A DNA stretch of 62,935 nucleotides, counting the filler, from Craspedostauros australis (lineage: Eukaryota): assembly GCA_030167865.1 (NCBI GenBank). It is 11 parts of 11 records of this genome, joined end to end, with 100 filler letters (N's around TTAATTAATTAA, not from the genome) between each part and the next. Parts side by side here need not be neighbours in the genome. Positions count along the whole stretch, not along the records: positions 36,370 to 40,904 come from JALAGF010002533.1; positions 41,005 to 43,568 come from JALAGF010002534.1; positions 43,669 to 44,890 come from JALAGF010002536.1; positions 44,991 to 47,063 come from JALAGF010002537.1; 7 more parts are not named here. One strand, given 5' to 3'. Shown piece after piece: positions 37,838-46,740 of the stretch. The notes below the pieces were generated by a model. That model saw nothing but the letters and a program-made list of their open reading frames with translations. It was not told the origin of the DNA and did not search any database. The translations under genes were made by a program, and so were the position numbers. The stretch's first letter is position 1. Every line of letters begins with the position of its first letter.

Positions 37838-38275
37838 ATGGTGATGAAAGGCAAACCAATTTCCGTCATTGGCGGCAAGTACAAGGGTCTGATTGGGTGG
37901 GTGAACGTGGACAAGAAGCCAACCAAGACTCGCCTTCCAGTCGTCTTGCAGCTCCACGATGGCGAGCAGAAGGCGACTGCCATCAACAAGGAGAACGTCA
38001 AGCGCCGCAAGATCCCAGCAAACAGAGCCGAGGCAATCATGCAACAACAGCCTGACATCAACAAAATGGTTAAGAAGCTCGCGATGGCGTTGTGCGACTG
38101 CTGCAATCTCGGTGTTGTGGAGGGGAACAGCCGCATGACTCTCCGTAGCGGGGATCTTCTAAGCTTCAATACAATTCTCCTGCAGAAGATCCACGAGGCC
38201 ACAGATATTCGCAAGGAGCTTGGCGATGACGCAAACATCCGTGTGGTTGATGTGAGCGAAGTCAAGATGGGGTGA
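37838..38275 (+). CDS. Transposon-associated small protein with an N-terminal KOW-like motif
   Basis: MVMKGKPISVIGGKYKGLIGWVNVDKK; a homolog starts at 44808 next to the other transposase. An upstream ATG at 37805 is also possible. Confidence 0.7.
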   Translation: MVMKGKPISVIGGKYKGLIGWVNVDKKPTKTRLPVVLQLHDGEQKATAINKENVKRRKIPANRAEAIMQQQPDINKMVKKLAMALCDCCNLGVVEGNSRMTLRSGDLLSFNTILLQKIHEATDIRKELGDDANIRVVDVSEVKMG

Positions 38276-38452
38276 CGGGCAACAGCAAAGCGCATCAAAC
38301 ACCAACCCCACCATGTCAATAGGAGACTAAAATAGGCAACAGACCAAGCACCATTTCTCTTCACTTGTTCACTAGTTATTATTGTTACGATTGTGCTGAC
38401 TGCTCATGGCAGTTGCTCCTTCCTCTTGCTGTGCTACTCGTCTGAGCTGCCC

Positions 38453-39805
38453 TCATGCGCCAGCGCCATTGCCATCCTCTTCGTCAAACAACTCGAGGTA
38501 CTTTGCCATTGCGGTCGGTTTGGGCACTGAATTCAAGCGGCCGCCTTGCAAAGCCACCTTCCAATACACAGAAGCTCCGTAGGTCACACGCCCAAGCTCT
38601 GTTGTGCCTTCACTGGCACGCTGGAGAGACAAGTGGGTCACGATGGTGTTGTCAATGAGCCGTGGGAACACGGTGTGATCGAACCGGACGTTGATCGGAA
38701 AAATCACAAGCCAGTACGAGAACTGACGTTCTTGGGAGGCCTGGATGCTTGCGATCGTAGAACCCAGGGCGTTTTTTGCCGTTCCGCAATCTTCATCCCC
38801 AGCGTAGTAGCGCTCTGCGTCGCGATGCCAGCCGGAGGTGCTTGGGCCGCGAATCATGATTGCACGCTCGGAGAGGCTGGGGGCGGATACAGGGATTGTT
38901 GCCGTCCACTCCTTGATGTCGTGGAGGGAAGTCGGCACCCGAATGTGATAACCCGAGAAGTTCGCATTCTTCACAGCAACGTCATTGACGTGGTCAATGA
39001 GAAAGGGACCGTTGCGTTCGGGGAACCTGGTATTAACCGGGATTTTGTACGGGTTCTCTTTTGTTCCGTCTTGGGCATTGGCAAAAAGAGAAGCGAGCGC
39101 ATCGTTTCCAACATTGGCCTCCCCAAGTCCACGGGCAGACATGCCAGGGGAAGCAAAGGAAGGGGCCGGCGAAGCGAACGATGGCGGTCCGAAGGCGCGC
39201 TGTGGCGTCTCCACCCGGTTTGGCAAGAGCTGATCCTTGCTTGGGGTGGACATCCCGTCGAGATTCATGTGTACAGTGTTGCGTTGGAGTGGTGGTTTGT
39301 GAATGGCAGCTGTTGATGGCGGAGCTCGGACGGAGGTTTTGTTCACAGAAGAAGGAGCAACGGGCGGTTGTAGTGAGATGCCATTAACCGCGTCAACAAG
39401 ATCATCAACACTGTCACCGACATCATCCGTGTGCGACCCATCTGAACTGCCCAAGCCATCTGAGTGATCCGAGGCATCCGAGGCATCCGAACTGTCCGAG
39501 TCCTTCTCCTTTGTCTTCTTCTCATGCTCCTTGAGCTCGGCGAGAGTCCCTTTGCCGACTTCGATTTGCGATTTGCGAAGGAGCGACATGTAGCTCGTGA
39601 TCGTCCGCTTCTTGAGCCCGCTGAACAACCGACTGCTCTGCACGCGACGATTGGATCCTGGTGCACCAAACAGAACGTTGTCGTCGTCACAAACTTCTCT
39701 TGAGAATCTAACTTGCTGTCGACTCTTGCCAATCTTCTCAACGGCTCGAGCGATGCTTTCGGCCAGACACTTACGATCGTTCTTGCTGAAGCTGGTGTCT
39801 TGCAT
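38453..39805 (-). CDS. Hypothetical 450-aa protein, probably transposon-associated
   Basis: Intact long ORF. A globular-looking N-terminus and C-terminus (GTKENPYKIPVNTRFPERNGPF) are separated by an S/D/P-rich linker. Confidence 0.7.
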   Translation of the reverse strand: MQDTSFSKNDRKCLAESIARAVEKIGKSRQQVRFSREVCDDDNVLFGAPGSNRRVQSSRLFSGLKKRTITSYMSLLRKSQIEVGKGTLAELKEHEKKTKEKDSDSSDASDASDHSDGLGSSDGSHTDDVGDSVDDLVDAVNGISLQPPVAPSSVNKTSVRAPPSTAAIHKPPLQRNTVHMNLDGMSTPSKDQLLPNRVETPQRAFGPPSFASPAPSFASPGMSARGLGEANVGNDALASLFANAQDGTKENPYKIPVNTRFPERNGPFLIDHVNDVAVKNANFSGYHIRVPTSLHDIKEWTATIPVSAPSLSERAIMIRGPSTSGWHRDAERYYAGDEDCGTAKNALGSTIASIQASQERQFSYWLVIFPINVRFDHTVFPRLIDNTIVTHLSLQRASEGTTELGRVTYGASVYWKVALQGGRLNSVPKPTAMAKYLELFDEEDGNGAGA

Positions 39806-40433
39806 TATCGGTGGAGATTATGAGATGATGTTGTTTGGAAGCGCTGCTGTTGAGGAGTTGGCCGTGTTGTTACTTTCCGCAGAGGTTGTGAACGAATCAT
39901 CGCGTGGTTCCAGCTTCACATCATACGAGTGCTCGCGACAGCTTGCGATTCCGTCGGACAAAAACCATCAGCGAGGGAACCAATGCTGCATTTCAGACCG
40001 GATGCCCGCCAAGTCTGAACGGAAGAAGGACCATGAAATTGGGAGGATTGTTCACCAGACATTCCAACCAAATCAGAGCTATTGTGGTTTCTGTACAATG
40101 ATCTCGGCATGTATGTGCAAAACTATTCAGCAGGTTGCTGCACATGACCAAGACTGCCGTGGCAAGAAACACATGAGCCAGCTTTCTGTTGTGAGATTGT
40201 GAACGGGGAGGGAAAGATGGAGCATTGGGTCCAGCTTTGTGGCTGTGTGATGGTGTGAACAAACACACGACTGCTTCAAATTGTATTGTTCTAAGCGTCA
40301 CTCTAGAGCACCTGCGTGCGCGCCATCATTGGCGCCAGTACTGATACTGCTATGGGCAAGGAACCAATGGAGACACTATTAAATTGCAATGCATTTGAAA
40401 TCATAATCGTCACATGAAGGGCAAGCTGGAAAG

Positions 40434-40904
40434 ATGGCATCCAACACGCCGAAATTCACCTGGCGCTGCAATCCAGCTGGCGCAATGATGAAGAACGACT
40501 TCGACATTGGCGGCATCTTCCACGAGGTGGATGTGTCTGTGGACGAGGCGTGGGCGCACTACCGCGTCCTGGAGCAATTCAAGGTTCCAGGGATGACGCA
40601 AGCTGTGTTCGCGAGATACTTCAAGCAATTCGAAAAACGCGTGAGCAAGAATCGTGGCCGCTCTGCCACTGAATTGCGTGCGCTTGAACATGACCGAACG
40701 TTGCATCCTCAGCAACGACGCAACATCCGTGGGAAGCCCGTCATGTACCTGTCTCCCGCGAAGCCCCTTGCTCGTCCAAGATATCAAGCAATCGAAGCAT
40801 TTGGAAATGACACCAGCCGAACTCAAGGCTAGCAGACCAGAGTATGCTGCGTTCGATTTGGTGCAGTTCAAGCAGCACATCTACCAAGAAGCCAAGGCGC
40901 AGAA
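40434..40904 (+). pseudogene. Transposon-associated protein with an internal repeat; +1 frameshift near 40768, truncated by a gap
   Basis: WRCNPAGAMMKND is echoed by YLSPAKP/LLVQD, followed by RPEYAAFDLVQFKQHIYQE in the shifted frame. Confidence 0.6.
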
Positions 40905-41004
40905 NNNNNNNNNNNNNNNNNNNNNNNNNNNNNNNNNNNNNNNNNNNNTTAATTAATTAANNNNNNNNNNNNNNNNNNNNNNNNNNNNNNNNNNNNNNNN
41001 NNNN

Positions 41005-41760
41005 TGTCACACAGAGATTCCTGAGGCCAACCTCAACACAAAAGATAAAACGATGAAGGGCTTTACATTCTTCATGATTGCGCACTACTTTCTGTGGCTT
41101 TATCCCAAAAACTCCGGCGTCATTGCGTCTCGGTTCTGTGTGTGTGAGCGATACGCACGAGGAGAACACATCTGGCGATGGGTGAAAAAAATTGCCGCGC
41201 TTCGGACGAAAAAGATCGTGTGGGATTCGTCTCTGGACCACCCCGACTCCTCTGTTTTCGCCATCACGGTTGATGGCACTGATTTCCGCACTTGGGAAAA
41301 AAAGCACCCGACTCTGCCAATTGATCGCGCGCAGTACTCACACAAGTTTAACCACGGCGCGGTCAAGTACGAGATCGCGCTTTCTGTCTTCTCTTCCAAA
41401 TGCGTGTGGATCAGTGGGCCATTTCCTGGTGGCACCCACGACCGGGCTATTTTCCGTCATGGTCTCATGGACAAACTGGCAACAGGGAAACTTGCCATTG
41501 CCGATCGTGGATACCAAACCAGCGTGGCGGCTCAACGCGAACAACTGTCACTTCCAAGCGGTACCGACTCGTGGCGGCTCGCCAAGTTCAAAAGTCGGGC
41601 ACGATGTCGTCACGAAAGCTTCAACGGGCGGATCAAGAAATTCAAGTCGATGGACGACACTTTTCGCCATGGGTACGAGTGTCACATGCATGCTTTCGAA
41701 GCAGTGTGTGTCATCATACAGTACCAAATGGACAACGGATCAGAACTCTTTGCAGTGTGA
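41005..41760 (+). CDS. PIF/Harbinger-like DDE transposase (5' end in gap)
   Basis: TVDGTDF, YSHKF, GPFPGGTHD, IADRGY, RARCRHESFNGRIK and FRH; the catalytic D-D-E appears intact. Confidence 0.9.
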   Translation, partial: CHTEIPEANLNTKDKTMKGFTFFMIAHYFLWLYPKNSGVIASRFCVCERYARGEHIWRWVKKIAALRTKKIVWDSSLDHPDSSVFAITVDGTDFRTWEKKHPTLPIDRAQYSHKFNHGAVKYEIALSVFSSKCVWISGPFPGGTHDRAIFRHGLMDKLATGKLAIADRGYQTSVAAQREQLSLPSGTDSWRLAKFKSRARCRHESFNGRIKKFKSMDDTFRHGYECHMHAFEAVCVIIQYQMDNGSELFAV

Positions 41761-42000
41761 CCACGAACTCTTTCTACAGTCTGTTTCACATGTATACAGT
41801 AGTCACCACATTAAAACGTAGACAACAACACTCCAACTCCACACTCGTCTCTGTTGTGATCTGTCCAGAGCAGGGCAGAGCTGAGGCGAGCCACCATTTC
41901 GTGGTCTGTTTGTGTGACCAAGTGCACTTGATTAGTTCGATCACTTCCCGACCTTGTCTTCTTGGGTCACGAGTGACAAAATTGTGCGATTTATTTATCC

Positions 42001-42160
42001 GTCATTAGATATATTTAGACGTCATTTGATTTATTTAGACGTCATTAGATATATTTAGACGTCACTCGATTTAAATAGCCCTCATTCGAATTAAATAGAC
42101 GTCATTTGATTTATTTAGACGTCATTAGAAATAAATAGTCGTCATTCGACTTATTTAGAT
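42001..42160 (+). repeat. 8 x 20-bp tandem array (consensus GTCATTAGATWTATTTAGAC), probably transposon subterminal repeats
   Basis: Exact 20-bp period, 240 bp downstream of the transposase stop. Confidence 0.85.
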
Positions 42161-43320
42161 TTAGGCGCTGATTGTCATCGGTATTGACGGGACTCGGTCA
42201 TTTGGGCCAGCGGCATCGATGCCTCGTTGTATTTGTCCGAAGTAGGNNNNNNNNNNNNNCTCACTAAGTTCTTCGAAAGGAGGTTCGTTCTTCGCCAATC
42301 GCGGAATGTCAATTGCGGCTTTCTTGTGTCTGGTGACAAAATCGGTGTTGGATGTCAAATTAGTCGTACTAGTCGAGTTTCCGTCTCCGCTGCTTTTTGC
42401 CGGGTGTCCCTGAGGAATCCACTTAGCCGTAAGTGGACTCCTCAGTCCCGAAAAATTCCTTACGGATATCGGAGATACAGAGTTAGGAGGTCTATTTCAA
42501 ATGATTGGTCGACTCGCTCACCGGGACCATATTCATCACAGATTCCGACTTGTATTGTACGTATGGATCGTGAGATAGTCGATGTAGTCTAATATTCCAA
42601 GATACGTTCGTGCAACGTCCGCAAGGTCGCCAAGGTCCGTGTTATTGGCTGGCGACTTTTCTCTCGCTGTCTGTGTCCTTGTGTTGTGTCTGTTGCGGAG
42701 GTTTGTGATCCTTGTGCGCGGAATCCTTCCCTTCCTTCGAATGGTGATGTGTTCGTGTCCGTGAGTTTGTGTCTGTGTCGTCCACGCTTCCTCTGCTGGT
42801 GTCAGTGTCGGTGTTCGTACTTTTGGTGGTGCGCCGCCTTCCACGTCCAACGTACATGGGTACAGTATCGTGGGGGCAGAAGGAGCAATTCCACGAAGTA
42901 TTCGATGCGGATCGTTCCTACTTTTGACTGCGGCGATGTTGTCCTGCGTGGCGCGCGAAAACAAACACGCCATGGCATCACGAGCCTTCGCTTGACTTCC
43001 GTCTCTGTTGGGTTCACAGACTTTCCGCGAGAGCGCTCTTCCCCACTTCACCGCATTCGTGCAGCCACTCAAACCAGAGCATAGTACTTTACTTTAGATC
43101 GTACCAACAGACTGAAGGGATAGCGGTAAGCCCAACAAGGAGGCACAATCAGAGCAGAGCATCGCGCCATCGTCCGAATGTAACTCCCGTTCCTCTCTTG
43201 CTCTCTTACGATCTATTATATCAGCAGTCGTCGACTCGTACCACTACTAATAGTCGTATCCGCATTAGTGCTGTGCTGTGATACGCTCTGCACCAGAGTA
43301 CGAGCAGAGACACAGCAAGA

Positions 43321-43568
43321 TGCCCGCGTCGATGACGGAAGACATGCTGACGGCGACGGATCATGACCTCATGGACGCCGCAATGAAGCCGCGCTCTGCT
43401 TCCGGCGGCGGCGCAGATCCCAACGCAAAGGAAGCGGACTCCGTCAGGACGAAGTCATCCGAAGCCAAAGATAGCGATGGTTCCGACGGTGCTACGAACA
43501 GCAGTGGTAACAACGATGCCTCAAAGCAGCGGCAAGGCGACGAGGAGCAACAGGAAAGCAAGGACTCC
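43321..43568 (+). CDS. N-terminal fragment of a low-complexity protein, truncated by a gap
   Basis: Open frame MPASMTEDML...ESKDS running into Ns; no recognisable domain. Confidence 0.4.
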
Positions 43569-43668
43569 NNNNNNNNNNNNNNNNNNNNNNNNNNNNNNNN
43601 NNNNNNNNNNNNTTAATTAATTAANNNNNNNNNNNNNNNNNNNNNNNNNNNNNNNNNNNNNNNNNNNN

Positions 43669-44246
43669 CCAGGAAATGGCCCACTGATCCACACGCATTT
43701 GGAAGAGAAGACAGAAAGCGCGATCTCGTACTTGACCGCGCCGTGGTTAAACTTGTGTGAGTACTGCGCGCGATCAATTGGCAGAGTCGGGTGCTTTTTT
43801 TCCCAAGTGCGGAAATCAGTGCCATCAACCGTGATGGCGAAAACAGAGGAGTCGGGGTGGTCCAGAGACGAATCCCACACGATCTTTTTCGTCCGAAGCG
43901 CGGCAATTTTTTTCACCCATCGCCAGATGTGTTCTCCTCGTGCGTATCGCTCACACACACAGAACCGAGACGCAATGACGCCGGAGTTTTTGGGATAAAG
44001 CCACAGAAAGTAGTGCGCAATCATGAAGAATGTAAAGCCCTTCATCGTTTTATCTTTTGTGTTGAGGTTGGCCTCAGGAATCTCTGTGTGACACAGATCA
44101 AACCAGATCTCGGCGATGTCGAGAGGACTGGAACCGTAGTGCTGACGAAAAAGCGCAGCAACAGTGTCGTTCGATTGCCGAGCTGATGGGTGAACCCCAA
44201 CCAACTGGAGGCCTGTCATCAGCACATCATGAGGACGCAGGAACAT
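43669..44246 (-). CDS. PIF/Harbinger-like transposase, N-terminal part (3' end in gap)
   Basis: MFLRPHDVLM...TVDGTDF...GPFP. 43669-44093 is the reverse complement of 41005-41429. Confidence 0.88.
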
Positions 44247-44263
44247 GGTANGGCTGATGTTGT

Positions 44264-44298
<35 letters not shown>

Positions 44299-44807
44299 TG
44301 ATTGATGATGAGATGCTGATGCTGATGTTGTGATTGATGATGCAGTTGTTGTTNTTCCTTCATGCAACGTGTCTGTCACAAGAAGGGACGATCTCGTCCG
44401 CGAAGAGACCAATCCTGCAGCAACAAGCACTTCACCAAACACGGCACAACGACTTGGCGACACAACAGTCATGGATCGAGGCCCAGTTAGCGAATAGTGA
44501 TGGCATGTGCTCAGAACCAAGAAGTATTTTCACGCAAAATGAGAGTGCTTTGTTTGTCGATGTGAATGATGGTCGTGATTTGGCGACTGGACCCAGACAC
44601 GCGAAAATGACGAAACAGTTTCGTGTTGCGTTGTCGTGAAGCACCACGGCAGAAAGGAGAACACAGCGAGCGCTGGTACTGGCGTTTCCGATGTTCGCTG
44701 ATTGATCAACCAACACATCCAACGACAAGCCCACAACATCACTCATCAGATCACAACACCAACACCAACACCACAACAACAACAGCAGCATCAATTGCAG
44801 CATCACC

Positions 44808-44890
44808 ATGGGCACGAAGGGAAAGCTCATCGCCATCACTGGAGGAAAGTACAAGGGTCACATTGGCTGGGTGAATGTGGACAAGAAGCC
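44808..44890 (+). CDS. KOW-motif transposon-associated protein, second copy (truncated by a gap)
   Basis: MGTKGKLIAITGGKYKGHIGWVNVDKK, homologous to the 37838 ORF. Confidence 0.7.
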
Positions 44891-45143
44891 NNNNNNNNNN
44901 NNNNNNNNNNNNNNNNNNNNNNNNNNNNNNNNNNTTAATTAATTAANNNNNNNNNNNNNNNNNNNNNNNNNNNNNNNNNNNNNNNNNNNNTTCGCCGAAA
45001 GTTCGCGGAGACCACATGCGCAAGACTCCAATCAGTCCGGTCCCGTTCACAACCACGTCAAAACCCCAATGAGTTGGACGGGGAGACCGAGTCCATGTGT
45101 CCCGACGTTAATTAGACGTTATAGACGTTAAGAGTAGTATTGC

Positions 45144-45276
45144 TACTTTCATCGAAGTGGTGTTACTTTCATCGAAGTGACATTACTTTCATCGAAGCGT
45201 GACTACTTTCATCGAACCTGTGTTACTTTCATCGAATGGTTGCGACCATCATTGGCGCGTGCGTACTTTCGTCGAA
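45144..45276 (+). repeat. 20-bp-period array with invariant core TACTTTCATCGAA
   Basis: Cores at 45144, 45164, 45184, 45204 and 45224, plus a variant at 45264; the 7-bp linkers vary. Confidence 0.9.
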
Positions 45277-45699
45277 ACGCCACCAACCAATTTTGTGCGA
45301 AGCTGTGAGTCGTGTTATTCTGTTGGTTCACGAGGAAATCCACGAACCAGCCCTTTCGAAGTCCCGAATTCTGCCAGCCAGTTGATTTTCACAGCACTCA
45401 GTTGCACAAAACGTGTGAGCGACATCTCGTGGACACAGAGATCCCACATCGACCTCCAAGGCCAGAATATAAATGTAGACCACCTGTATCACACAGGAAA
45501 AGTACAAGCCACATCATACGTGTTTGTCATACTGGTAACATTAACCAGTACATATGAACATACATCATCTAATGAAAGGAATGAATGCCTACTATAGTTG
45601 TAGATATGTGCATCATTCACCTGTTTGCTCCAATTCTGTGCGTTGTGGATCGTATTCTGACCAAGTCTTCATTGAAAAGTATAACAATATTCCATCTAA

Positions 45700-46740
45700 A
45701 CAAGATCAGAACATTGAGATCATTCCAATGGTTATACTGCCAGCTTGCGAGTGAATGGATCCATCTAGAAGATGTTGCACATCGTACGCGATCAAATCAC
45801 GTGATAGCGCACGGCGACTCTGCGCGGTATGCAGGGTTTGGACCCAACCTTCATATGAAAGATCCAACATCTGAAATTTTACCAACATCGTCATAGTGAA
45901 AGCACTTCAATGGGTATGGGGGTGGTTTCCAAGTATCTGGATCCGTCTGGAAGGAATCCTGGTATCCAAACCTATGAACCTCATCATACTGTGCGGTACG
46001 CTTGACTCTGTACTGCATTACGCATATCTATGCATTTGGCAGGCTGTTTTGAGAGATATGATCAACTGCGTAGCTCCAAACACGCTCCAAAGAGTACAGT
46101 CATGGAGTTTGAAGTCTTAGCTCCATTTGGAAGGGATCTAATTCTACAGATGCTGATATCACGCAGTACTGAACAGTACGTGTCGCACTGGGCAGTGATT
46201 TGGATATTTGCGCATGGGAACTGTCGATCGTATTCTGATCCAACGCTACAACCACTCCAACCATACATCACGGAATATGGGCATGGAGTTGGAAGCCCCT
46301 AGATCCATCAGGAAGGGATCCAATTTCATGGATGCTCATATCACGTGGTGCTGAACGATACGCCTTGCGTTGTACAGTGTTCTGCACATATGTGCATAGA
46401 CAACATCGATTATACTCCACACAAACACTTCAGTCACTCCGCATGCAATCTAAAGAGTACGCAAATGGTGGTGGAAATGCAAGGCCCATCTGTATGGGAT
46501 CCAGTCTTACAGATTCTGTTGTCATGCAGTACTTCCTGGGATGCATCTCTACAGTAGGCATCGCCTTGCGCAGTATTCCACACATCTATGCCTTTGGTCG
46601 GCCGTCTTGAGACATGCCACTTCTGAACACTCCAAGTAGACTTCAATGGCTATGGCCGTGGAGTTTGAAGTCCATGGTCCATTTGGAAGAGATCTAATTC
46701 TACTGATGCTGACATCAAGCAGCGCTCAGCAGCGTCGTGA
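45700..46740 (-). pseudogene. Degenerate repeat-protein relic (LRR-like)
   Basis: About five diverged ~185-bp units (near 45915, 46101, 46282, 46465, 46657). Fragments such as YCSVLRDISI, ACLELRS and LVKFQMLDLS, with many stops. Confidence 0.4.

Noticed and set aside
42515..42530. tRNA primer-binding site (TGGTCCCGGTGAGC) of an LTR element
   Set aside because: No adjacent LTR ending in CA and no gag/pol; the homologous motif at 5165 lacks TGG.
43260..43270. CGCATTAGT shared with the inferred LINE 5' end, suggesting a second LINE start
   Set aside because: A 9-bp match is not significant and the downstream ORF is cut by a gap.
45144..45276. CRISPR array
   Set aside because: 13-bp repeats with 7-bp spacers are too short, there are no cas genes, and the context is eukaryotic.
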